From Rhynchopus sp. YZ270_cl-10 (Eukaryota), in assembly GCA_964035575.1 (NCBI GenBank), contig OZ037844.1, forward strand, positions 930,001-994,000: a stretch of DNA of 64,000 nucleotides. The letters run 5' to 3'. A program made the translations under genes and the position numbers. The stretch's first letter is position 1. Every line of letters starts with the position of its first letter. The notes under the pieces are model-generated. The model was given only the letters and a program-made list of their open reading frames with translations. It made no database searches and had not been told where the DNA came from. Below are positions 13,440-23,469 of the stretch, in pieces.

Positions 13440-15686
13440 TCAGGAGCATGTTGATTCGGATGCGAAGCAGCGGCGTGGGCGGCTGGGGGTGCTGGTGCGG
13501 GTCACTTCGGGGACGTTGTCGTGTCTGCTGCTGCCGTACTCGTACACACCGACTGTGGTGCTGGGCTTCATGATCTCCGCAAGAGATGCTGGCAGCGACG
13601 TGCCCATCGGCGGTGCGTACAGGAACACCTTTGCCAGGGACACAGCCTCTTCGCACAGCGCCCAGCTGCGCTGCACAGACGGCCCCATCACCGTCAGGAA
13701 GCGCTGTGTGCGTGACCCCACGTCGCCGTGTTCTGTTGGCCCACTCGCAAGACCCGCACCCGCAAGTGCCGTCCCACTGTTCGCACGTTCCATAAAGCGC
13801 ACAGCGTTCTCAGCATGTGCCTGTGTCGCACGAGCAAGGTTCCACCCAACACACACACGGCTCCCCAGCAGTGACACCAGTGTGCCCCCGCTCTGGTCCA
13901 ACGCAGTCATCAGGACCGACATCACATTGCTCATGTCCTGCAACGCTCCCCCACACTCATCCGCACGCACAACCACCTCCACCTCCAACACACCCACAGT
14001 CGCAACAGCAGACACACGTGTTCGTGCAAGTGTCTCACACAAACTGTGCGCCACCTCACCATCAGTCATGTTGCGCATGGTGCTCTTCATAAACGGCAGC
14101 AGTGGCATCGTCTCAGGCTGGAGCGGGTCAAACCTCCTCTCTGCAAGCGAAGGTGGCCACACACAGCACACAAGCACAGGCTCTGCCACACCCTTCAGCT
14201 CAAGTGCCTCTGCCGTGCCTGCCACCCCCACACAGCTGCCACAGTGCTGCTCCCACAGGTCCGCAGGCACAGCAACAGCACCCGGTGTGCACGTGCTCTC
14301 GATGCGTGCTGCCACGTTCACAGTGTGGCCGAAGTAGTCGGTCCGTCCCGTCAGTGCGTTCTGCTCCGCAGCCACAGGGCCGCTGTTCACACCAATGCGC
14401 ACCGTGAGCCCACCCCACAGGTCGCCACGTTCAGCACAGATCGGCACCTCCATCAACGACGCAGGCCAGTCCGCAGCACGGAGCATCTCGTGCACATTCA
14501 GCCCAAAGTCAACACCTTCTTGTGTGGTCTCGAAGGCAACCATGAAGGCGTCACCGATTGTCTTCACCTCGTAGCCACTAAACATCTGCATCACAGTCCG
14601 CATCACCGAGTTGTGGATCCACAGCCCATCCCGCATCCCGTCAGGTGCGCCTTCCCAGATCGATGTGGACGAGCGGATGTCTGTGAACACCACCGTCACT
14701 GCCTCGCTGTGTGCACCAGGTGCCGTCACAATGCTCTGGACAGACATCTGGTCGTCTCTGTCGAACAGTGCAGCAGGGAGGTAGGGGCGGTAACGCCGCA
14801 GGTTCAGCTCCATCTTCTCGAGTGTTGCATGCATCTCAGGGGGCAGCAGCGCCTTGCGTGCATCCAGCATGCGTGCCACACCGTCCACGTCGTACTTCGC
14901 CAGCAGCGCTGTGATCTCCTGCACTGCACTGATGGTGCGCTGCATGGCCGCCTGCTCCTTCATCACTGTCGTTGCAAACCCTCGTGTGATGACAAAGTCC
15001 ATCAAAAACACCATCAAGGTCGCGACTAGATTGGTTGGCGGGAAGGACACAGGGCAGGGCAGAGTGTCGCACGCCAGCATGTCCTCGTAGTACTTACGCC
15101 TCACCTCCTGCGTGCCAAAACCTGGAAGGTCAAGAAGCCCAAAACGGAAGCTCTCCTCGACTGCGACTGTCACGAGGTACACCACTGTGACGGCCACCAA
15201 CCCGAAGGTGTACTTCGTGGGCATCTGCAACACCAGCATGAGGTCTATCGCGATCACGAGCAACGGCCATCCTGGGTTTCCTATGTTCCTCCCACCAAGG
15301 TCGTACACGTACACGCCAAATGACAGTCCATAAATCATGGGCACAACAAGCGGAGCGGACAACTGCTTCTTGAAAAGCACCAAGTATATAAAAACAGAAT
15401 ACAATACCATGAACAACCCACCTGCCACGAAAAAGGACGGCACGTCCTTAGCCGTCTCGTAGATGGAAAACCAAAACCCCGCATTCCCAACTAGCGCAAT
15501 AACCGAAGAAGCAAGAATGATTTTGCGTCCCGACTGTGCTTGTTTCCCCAGCGTCCCGTCCATTGAGATCATGTTCTGAAACCAATCCATGCTCGCCATC
15601 TTCATCTTCGCCATGTGGTTGTGTTCCTCCCTAGTTGGGGTGGGGTGTATCAAAAGGGGTGGGGAAGCGTAGGACTCATCAGACAT
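13440..15686 (-). CDS. 6-TM receptor-type class III adenylate cyclase, paralogue 1
   Basis: Six hydrophobic helices, then a coiled coil, then catalytic motifs FTDI, YEVKTIGDAF, VRIGVNSG and DYFGHTVNVAARIES (metal Asp/Asp, ATP-specifying Lys/Asp, Asn/Arg), then a degenerate second cyclase domain. Start placed at MSDES, the first Met in frame in all five copies. Confidence 0.93.
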   Translation of the reverse strand: MSDESYASPPLLIHPTPTREEHNHMAKMKMASMDWFQNMISMDGTLGKQAQSGRKIILASSVIALVGNAGFWFSIYETAKDVPSFFVAGGLFMVLYSVFIYLVLFKKQLSAPLVVPMIYGLSFGVYVYDLGGRNIGNPGWPLLVIAIDLMLVLQMPTKYTFGLVAVTVVYLVTVAVEESFRFGLLDLPGFGTQEVRRKYYEDMLACDTLPCPVSFPPTNLVATLMVFLMDFVITRGFATTVMKEQAAMQRTISAVQEITALLAKYDVDGVARMLDARKALLPPEMHATLEKMELNLRRYRPYLPAALFDRDDQMSVQSIVTAPGAHSEAVTVVFTDIRSSTSIWEGAPDGMRDGLWIHNSVMRTVMQMFSGYEVKTIGDAFMVAFETTQEGVDFGLNVHEMLRAADWPASLMEVPICAERGDLWGGLTVRIGVNSGPVAAEQNALTGRTDYFGHTVNVAARIESTCTPGAVAVPADLWEQHCGSCVGVAGTAEALELKGVAEPVLVCCVWPPSLAERRFDPLQPETMPLLPFMKSTMRNMTDGEVAHSLCETLARTRVSAVATVGVLEVEVVVRADECGGALQDMSNVMSVLMTALDQSGGTLVSLLGSRVCVGWNLARATQAHAENAVRFMERANSGTALAGAGLASGPTEHGDVGSRTQRFLTVMGPSVQRSWALCEEAVSLAKVFLYAPPMGTSLPASLAEIMKPSTTVGVYEYGSSRHDNVPEVTRTSTPSRPRRCFASESTCS

Positions 15687-16125
15687 CTTCTTGCTGTCTG
15701 CGACACGCATGCTCGGACACCTTCGTCGCCACTCATCAGCAACGAAGGCTGAAGGGTGTTGACATAGTATCAGGTGCCCACAGGGAGAGACAGAAACGAC
15801 ACCTTCGTGACTTCATATGAAAAACAGTTTCTTTTTTTTTCTACGTGGATGCGATATGTATTGAAGTGAAGTAAGGGGTACAGAATGAGAGAGAGAGAGG
15901 TACAAGAGAGATCAAGAACGTTGCCTTGAGATACAAAGCCTCTCGTGGCAGGGTATTCCTCAAGACAGCGCGAAGGATGAATGTCCTCACTGACATATTT
16001 TACTAAATCGCTGATGTGACATGAAACATCGGTGTCTAAAAGGGGCGAAAAGAGATTAGTTGAAATGCAAGATGATGACATTATCCACGACACATTCTTT
16101 TTTTTTTTTTTGTCGACCAAAAGAC

Positions 16126-16758
16126 GTAGTAGCTTGAAAGGTGCACTTTTCAAATGTAGCTGGTTTGCTAGTTTTGAAAAAAGTTTCCTCGGTTGAAAGC
16201 GGTCGTCGCGCGCTTCGCGCACGCCTCCCTGCCAACCACAGAGTGGAGAGGCAAAGGGTAAATTTTCCGAGACAACAAAGAAAATGCAATATAATCCTGT
16301 GTTAACGGGGCTTGGCCTTGCACCTTACGTTCCACTAACCGTACAAAGTCAACACGTCCTCCAGAAGCAGGGACTGTTGCAACGGTGGGTCATTTTGAAA
16401 AAACGGCCAACTTTTTGCAGCTTTGGTCAAGTTGCATTTGTGGCTGCAAAATGCAAGGGGGTTCCCTAAGACATTGTAAACTCTATTTTTTTTGCGGAGC
16501 AAAAAAAATAATATAAAGTGGCGCCGCAGGCGAAAAAAAATAGGGTATAGTGCAAAACGTGCAGCTTTTTACACCACAGAGTGGCTCAATGAACCCTTTT
16601 TAGGGGTTCGCTTACGTGTGAGGCTTTCTTCTGTGAGTGGGAAAGTGGTGCGGGGCGACGAAAAACTGTATCCTGAATCCCACTTGTTATTTTTCCCCAA
16701 ACCAGTAAACCTGCTAGTTCTGGTTTTAAAATTGGCAAAAGTACCCAAGCTATTTCCC
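16126..16758 (+). mobile_element. About 630-bp dispersed repeat (inverted copy 24876-25510; partial copy near 10765-11035)
   Basis: gtagcttgaaaggtgcacttttcaaatg...gtacccaagctatttccc matches the reverse complement of 24876-25510. It interrupts the shared cyclase upstream sequence after gtcgaccaaaagac. Confidence 0.75.
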
Positions 16759-17110
16759 TGGACAATCGCCGAGTAATCTGGATCTGTCCTCAATGTTGGC
16801 CGAAGCCTTTGTACTACGGAAGGTATAGACGTCGTTCGTCCTGAACCCTTAAGAGCAACTTTTAGGGTGAAAAGAACCTTCAAAGGGGTAGTCCGCATCA
16901 AGGTGTTGTACACCAATGCACGGCTACATGCTAAGAAGGGGTGTTGGAGGTTACAGTTAAGAAACTGCCCTCATTTCAAAAATGGAAAGGTAGAGGAGGG
17001 GAAAAACAGCCCGCACACCTCCCCCCAAGGTGTGGCAGAGGAATTGTGTCTCTGGGCTGACGCCAGGGCATATCCTAAATCTGAGGTCTGTGCGGCCAAA
17101 TTTTGAAGAA

Positions 17111-18160
17111 GTACACAGTACACAGTACACAGTACACAGTACACAGTACACAGTACACAGTACACAGTACACAGTACACAGTACACAGTACACAGTACAC
17201 AGTACACAGTACACAGTACACAGTACACAGTACACAGTACACAGTACACAGTACACAGTACACAGTACACAGTACACAGTACACAGTACACAGTACACAG
17301 TACACAGTACACAGTACACAGTACACAGTACACAGTACACAGTACACAGTACACAGTACACAGTACACAGTACACAGTACACAGTACACAGTACACAGTA
17401 CACAGTACACAGTACACAGTACACAGTACACAGTACACAGTACACAGTACACAGTACACAGTACACAGTACACAGTACACAGTACACAGTACACAGTACA
17501 CAGTACACAGTACACAGTACACAGTACACAGTACACAGTACACAGTACACAGTACACAGTACACAGTACACAGTACACAGTACACAGTACACAGTACACA
17601 GTACACAGTACACAGTACACAGTACACAGTACACAGTACACAGTACACAGTACACAGTACACAGTACACAGTACACAGTACACAGTACACAGTACACAGT
17701 ACACAGTACACAGTACACAGTACACAGTACACAGTACACAGTACACAGTACACAGTACACAGTACACAGTACACAGTACACAGTACACAGTACACAGTAC
17801 ACAGTACACAGTACACAGTACACAGTACACAGTACACAGTACACAGTACACAGTACACAGTACACAGTACACAGTACACAGTACACAGTACACAGTACAC
17901 AGTACACAGTACACAGTACACAGTACACAGTACACAGTACACAGTACACAGTACACAGTACACAGTACACAGTACACAGTACACAGTACACAGTACACAG
18001 TACACAGTACACAGTACACAGTACACAGTACACAGTACACAGTACACAGTACACAGTACACAGTACACAGTACACAGTACACAGTACACAGTACACAGTA
18101 CACAGTACACAGTACACAGTACACAGTACACAGTACACAGTACACAGTACACAGGTACAC
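17111..18160 (+). repeat. (CAGTACA)n microsatellite, about 149 units
   Basis: Pure 7-bp tandem array ending in one CAGGTACA variant. Confidence 0.97.
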
Positions 18161-18774
18161 AAAAAACTAGAAAACAACACTTCGCTGCGACCACGGGCCA
18201 CCCCATAGGGGGTGAATTTTTTCACACCGAAAATGGTGTTTTTGGACTGTTTCGCACCAGATCTTTCCAAATATTTTTTTTACGGGCACTTTTGTCAAGT
18301 AGGTTTCCCCGAGACCCCTCGTGCAAAAAAAAGGGGCAACGTGGAACCTGAAAGCTGTGCAAAAAAAATAAGAGGCGCACTTTTTTGCAAAAACCAACCC
18401 GCGGGTACCGGGGACAGACTTAGGATATACCCTGTCAGAAATCCCCCCGCCCCCATTGTATTTGTATTCGTTGTTTGTTGTTCGTTGATCGCATCCATCC
18501 TCGTCCGCACTTCAGGTAAAACACACAGCACTTTTGGTGGTATTGAATTGCCCATTGCGAAAGCCGTCCGCACTCCGCAGAGGTCCCTTCTGTATATTTC
18601 TTTTTTTCCCCCCAAACCCCAAAATTCCCGAAAACCCCTAAGCGCCTCTCGTGCACTGCCTGACGGTGAAAGCATCTCAGGACGATGAAAGAAAGCACGA
18701 AAAAGCGAAAGTTGACGAAATCCCTGCACCAAATAGCAGCCTGTGGATGGCGACATGTTCTGCCTGTTGCAGTG

Positions 18775-21021
18775 TCAGGAGCATGTTGATTCGGATGCGA
18801 AGCAGCGGCGTGGGCGGCTGGGGGTGCTGGTGCGGGTCACTTCGAAGACGTTGTCGTGTCTGCTGCTGCCGTACTCGTACACACCGACTGTGGTGCTGGG
18901 CTTCATGATCTCCGCAAGAGATGCTGGCAGCGACGTGCCCATCGGCGGTGCGTACAGGAACACCTTTGCCAGGGACACAGCCTCTTCGCACAGCGCCCAG
19001 CTGCGCTGCACAGACGGCCCCATCACCGTCAGGAAGCGCTGTGTGCGTGACCCCACGTCGCCATGCTCTGTTGGCCCACTCGCAAGACCCGCACCCGCAA
19101 GTGCCGTCCTGCTGTGTACACGTTCCATAAAGTGCACAGCGTTCTCAGCATGTGCCTGTGTCGCACGAACAAGGTTCCACCCAACACACACACGGCTCCC
19201 CAGCAGCGACACCAATGTACCCCCGCTCTGGTCCAACGCAGTCATCAGGACCGACATCACATTGCTCATGTCTTGCAACGCTCCCCCACACTCATCCGCA
19301 CGCACAACCACCTCCACCTCCAACACACCCACAGTCGCAACAGCAGACACACGTGTTCGTGCAAGTGTCTCAGACATACTGTGCGCCACCTCACCGTCAG
19401 TCATGTTGCGCATGGTGCTCTTCATAAACGGCAGCAGTGGCATCGTCTCAGGCTGGAGCGGGTCAAACCTCCTCTCTGCAAGCGAAGGTGGCCACACACA
19501 GCACACAAGCACAGGCTCTGCCACACCCTTCAGCTCAAGTGCCTCTGCCGTGCCTGCCACCCCCACACAGCCGCCACAGTGCTGCTCCCACAGGTCCGCA
19601 GGCACAGCAACAGCACCCGGTGTGCACGTGCTCTCGATGCGTGCTGCCACGTTCACAGTGTGGCCGAAGTAGTCAGTCCGTCCCGTCAGTGCGTTCCGCT
19701 CCGCAGCCACAGGGCCGCTGTTCACACCAATGCGCACCGTGAGCCCACCCCACAGGTCGCCACGTTCAGCACAGATCGGCACCTCCATCAACGACGCAGG
19801 CCAGTCCGCAGCACGGAGCATCTCGTGCACATTCAGCCCAAAGTCAACACCTTCTTGTGTGGTCTCGAAGGCAACCATGAAGGCGTCACCGATTGTCTTC
19901 ACCTCGTAGCCACTAAACGTCTGCATCGCAGTCCGCATCACCGAGTTGTGGATCCACAGCCCATCCCGCATCCCGTCAGGTGCGCCTTCCCAGATCGACG
20001 TGGACGAGCGGATGTCTGTGAACACCACCGTCACTGCCTCGCTGTGTGCACCAGGTGCCGACACAACGCTCTGGACAGACATCTGGTCGTCTCTGTCGAA
20101 CAGTGCAGCAGGGAGGTAGGGGCGGTAACGCCGCAGGTTCAGCTCCATCTTCTCGAGTGTTGCATGCATCTCAGGGGGCAGCAGCGCCTTGCGTGCATCC
20201 AGCATGCGTGCCACACCGTCCACGTCGTACTTCGCCAGCAGCGCTGTGATCTCCTGCACTGCACTGATGGTGCGCTGCATGGCCGCCTGCTCCTTCATCA
20301 CTGTCGTTGCAAACCCTCGTGTGATGACAAAGTCCATCAAAAACACCATCAAGGTCGCGACTAGGTTGTTTGGCGGGAAGGACACAGGGCATGGCAGAGT
20401 GTCGCACGCCAGCATGTCCTCGTAGTACTTACGCCTCACCTCCTGCGTGCCAAAACCTGGAAGGTCGAGGAGCCCAAAACGGAAGCTCTCCTCGACTGCG
20501 ACTATCACGAGGTACACCACTGTGAAGGCCACCAACCCGAAGGTGTACTTCGTGGGCATCTGCAACACCAGCATGAGGTCTATCGCGATCACGAGCAATG
20601 GCCATCCTGGGTTTCCTATGTTCCTCCCACCAAGGTCGTACACGTACGCGCCAAATGACAGTCCATAAATCATGGGCACAACAAGCGGAGCGGACATCTG
20701 CTTCTTGAAAAGCACCAAGTATATAAAAGCAGAATACAATACCGTAAACAAGGCACTCGACACGTGAAAGGACGGCATATCATTCGCCGTCTCGAATATG
20801 GAAAACCAAAACGCCGTATTCCCAACTAGCGCAATAGTCGAAGAAACAAGAATAATTTTGCGCGCCGACTGTGCTTGTTTCCCCAGCGTCCCGTCCACTG
20901 AGATCATGTTCTGAAACCAATCCATGCTCGCCATCTTCATCTTCGCCATGTGGTTGTGTTCCTCCCTAGTTGGGATGGGGTGTATCAAAAGGGGTGGGGA
21001 AGCGTAGGACTCATCAGACAT
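18775..21021 (-). CDS. 6-TM receptor-type class III adenylate cyclase, paralogue 2
   Basis: Same architecture and catalytic motifs as paralogue 1; intact frame. Confidence 0.93.
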   Translation of the reverse strand: MSDESYASPPLLIHPIPTREEHNHMAKMKMASMDWFQNMISVDGTLGKQAQSARKIILVSSTIALVGNTAFWFSIFETANDMPSFHVSSALFTVLYSAFIYLVLFKKQMSAPLVVPMIYGLSFGAYVYDLGGRNIGNPGWPLLVIAIDLMLVLQMPTKYTFGLVAFTVVYLVIVAVEESFRFGLLDLPGFGTQEVRRKYYEDMLACDTLPCPVSFPPNNLVATLMVFLMDFVITRGFATTVMKEQAAMQRTISAVQEITALLAKYDVDGVARMLDARKALLPPEMHATLEKMELNLRRYRPYLPAALFDRDDQMSVQSVVSAPGAHSEAVTVVFTDIRSSTSIWEGAPDGMRDGLWIHNSVMRTAMQTFSGYEVKTIGDAFMVAFETTQEGVDFGLNVHEMLRAADWPASLMEVPICAERGDLWGGLTVRIGVNSGPVAAERNALTGRTDYFGHTVNVAARIESTCTPGAVAVPADLWEQHCGGCVGVAGTAEALELKGVAEPVLVCCVWPPSLAERRFDPLQPETMPLLPFMKSTMRNMTDGEVAHSMSETLARTRVSAVATVGVLEVEVVVRADECGGALQDMSNVMSVLMTALDQSGGTLVSLLGSRVCVGWNLVRATQAHAENAVHFMERVHSRTALAGAGLASGPTEHGDVGSRTQRFLTVMGPSVQRSWALCEEAVSLAKVFLYAPPMGTSLPASLAEIMKPSTTVGVYEYGSSRHDNVFEVTRTSTPSRPRRCFASESTCS

Positions 21022-21955
21022 CTTCTTTGCTGTCTGCGACACGCATGCTCGGACACCTTCGTCGCCACTCATCAGCAACGAAGGCTGAAGGGTGTTGACA
21101 TAGTATCAGGTGCCCACAGGGAGAGACAGAAACGACACCTTCGTGAGTTCATATGAAAAACAGTTTCTTTTTTTTCTACGTGGATGCGATATGTATTGAA
21201 GTGAAGTAAGGGGTACAGAGAGAGAGAGAGAGGTACAAGAGAGATCAAGAACGTTGACTTGAGATACAAAGCCTCTCGTGGCAGTGTATACCTAAAGACA
21301 GCGCGAAGGATGAATGTCCTCACTGACATATTTTACTGAATTGTTGATGTGACATGAAACATCGGTGTCTAAAAGGGGCGAAAAGAGATTAGTTGAAATG
21401 CAAGATGATGACATTATTCACGATACATTCTTTTATTAAGTCGACCAAAAGACTTCAATGTTAAACCAGAAACAGGGGGAAAAGGAGTAGTTGAAGTGTG
21501 CAGAAACGCATCTCAGTCGAGCTCATGCATAGAGGTCAGTCAAGATGAGTGGTCCGTACCGTAAGAGAAAGCAGGCGGTTCACAACCGCTCGGCGAATCA
21601 CGCGACCTCTTTATACCCCAGACTTTTGAAAAGCAACAAATTGTTTCATATACTAACTATTCTACTGAATAGATGGTATAATAGGGTGCACTAAATGTAC
21701 CCAAACTTTTTTTTTTTTACTTTATGTGGATTGTTTGTTTCTGATAGTGACGTGACTCGTTTTTTTATGTTTTTTTTTTGGAAAAGAAAGTTTCATGTAC
21801 CCATTAATAAAAGTCCGTGAGGTTACAGCCAGTAAAATTTACCTCTTAAAAATAGCATTATCCTCGTTGGTACGGATTATATGGGCTGACAATAAAAAGG
21901 AGATGGATACAGCCAGTACATTTTACCTCTCCATTAAATGTAGCATTATCCATAT

Positions 21956-23003
21956 GGCAGCGTCCGCGAAAGACCCCCCCCTAAAGCTAACATCCATGCT
22001 TATTGGTATTTCACTAATTAAAATTTTGGTATTTTATAAGATTTTTTTTTAAAATGAACTCAGAGTTAAGTTTCTGAGTTCATTAAAAAAAAAATCGGTG
22101 AAAAATTCCGAGTAGGTATTAATTTAGATAGGAAAAGCTATGTCAACAGCTATGTGTCCCCTTATTTTACCTGTAAATACTAAGGATATACAAGGAAATC
22201 CTCACAAACACCCATATAACCACCCATAGAACAACACAACAGGGGGAAATGTAATCAGCAGCCAAAGCATTCGCTCAGGAGCTGAAAACCCGGCCTTTCC
22301 GAGGCCTAAAAAACTTCGCCGAGCTGCAGGTGTATGCAGGGGTTCACTGGCAGGGGGGCAAAGGGTGGGGCGCGAGGAGCTGGATGCGCGAGGTGTGTAG
22401 CTCGAAGCATATGTCCCTCCATATGCAGAAGACAACCACCAGGAGAAAAGGGGCGTCCGCCGTTTACTACTCCTGTAGTTGCATCAGCGACACCCTCAGG
22501 AGGACAGTGACAGCGAGACGGAGGAGGAAGAGGAGGAACAGGCGGACAATTGTCTGTAACTCTTGGAGAGACTCATCACGGAGGTCAATAGGGTCACTCA
22601 AAAAAGGGGGTTTTCTGCGAGAAAGTCGACGTCGCCGCAGACGACCCGGAGCGTGAAGCTCTTTCGCGCTCTATTTAGAGTGTTCGGAGGGGACGACAAG
22701 CCTCCACCCCCCTTTCCTACCCCCTTTTTGATAATGGGTTTAGAGACAGATATTAGTGAATTCCTTCCTATATCCTTAGTATTTACAGGTAAAATAAGGG
22801 GACACATAGCTGTTGACATAGCTTTTCCTATCTAAATTAATACCTACTCGGAATTTTTCACCGATTTTTTTTTTAATGAACTCAGAAACTTAACTCTGAG
22901 TTCATTTTAAAAAAAAATCTTATAAAATACCAAAATTTTAATTAGTGAAATACCAATAAGCATGGATGTTAGCTTTAGGGGGGGGTCTTTCGCGGACGCT
23001 CCC
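21956..23003. mobile_element. Non-autonomous DNA transposon with about 235-bp TIRs
   Basis: 21956-22190 is the near-perfect reverse complement of 22769-23003. Termini GG...CC, flanked by ATAT on both sides. The internal acidic coding remnant contains stops. Confidence 0.88.
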
Positions 23004-23037
23004 ATATAAATACAGATTCTGGGCTGACACTCGTTTT

Positions 23038-23117
23038 AGTGGTTTCGAGCTGCCTGCTCCTAGACCACCTCGACAAAAACCCTGCGGCAGCAAACTCATC
23101 AGTAGGAGCAAGGGTTT
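23038..23117 (-). ncRNA. Putative hammerhead ribozyme with non-standard strand order, in the 3' region of the Penelope-like element
   Basis: Minus strand contains CUGAUGAG, CGAAAC and GUC. Stem I UGCUCCUA/UAGGAGCA (8 bp), stem II GCUGCC/GGCAGC plus a G-C closing pair, stem III ACCACU/GGUGGU. Confidence 0.65.
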
Positions 23118-23469
23118 AAAATATTGAGAGAAACACAAACACGGGTTGGGAGGGATGGGAGGGATGGGGGTGAGGCGGGATGTTTGGACTATAGTTTTAT
23201 CAAATTGACTTCTTCTTTGTTTTTCCAGGTTTTTTTTGGGGAAAAAGCAATGTTCTCTTTTTTTTTGTTTATTGATATTGTCCACAATATAACCAGTAAT
23301 TCTCGAGACAATATCCTGTTTTTTTTGTTTTGTTTTGAAAAGCAAATAAAATCTTTTATTTTTTTTTATTTTTTTTTGAACGCTCTAAAATAAAAGTAAA
23401 AAGCTGTGAGATATTTCCCTGGGCTTCGTAGCTCGCCGCCCTAGCTGTAGTCTAACATATAGTTAGCTA

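Noticed and set aside
13408..15029. Long plus-strand ORFs antisense to the cyclase genes (repeated in each paralogue)
   Set aside because: Shadow ORFs from GC-rich codon usage; their start and stop positions vary between paralogues.
15705..15750. Hammerhead-like CTGATGAG...CGAAG..GTC in the cyclase 5' leader (minus strand)
   Set aside because: It has GAAG rather than GAAA, no stem III and only about 3 bp of stem I. The region instead forms a simple CCTTCGTTGC/GCGACGAAGG hairpin.
16957..18270. Long ORFs across the microsatellites (also near 7090, 43591, 44725 and 50949)
   Set aside because: Artefacts of stop-free repeat units in all frames; no coding evidence.
21022..21078. N-terminal extensions of the cyclases given in the ORF track (MLMSGD... 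or MRVADSKK...)
   Set aside because: A 1-nt indel upstream of MSDES puts them in different frames in different copies, so they are unlikely to be translated.
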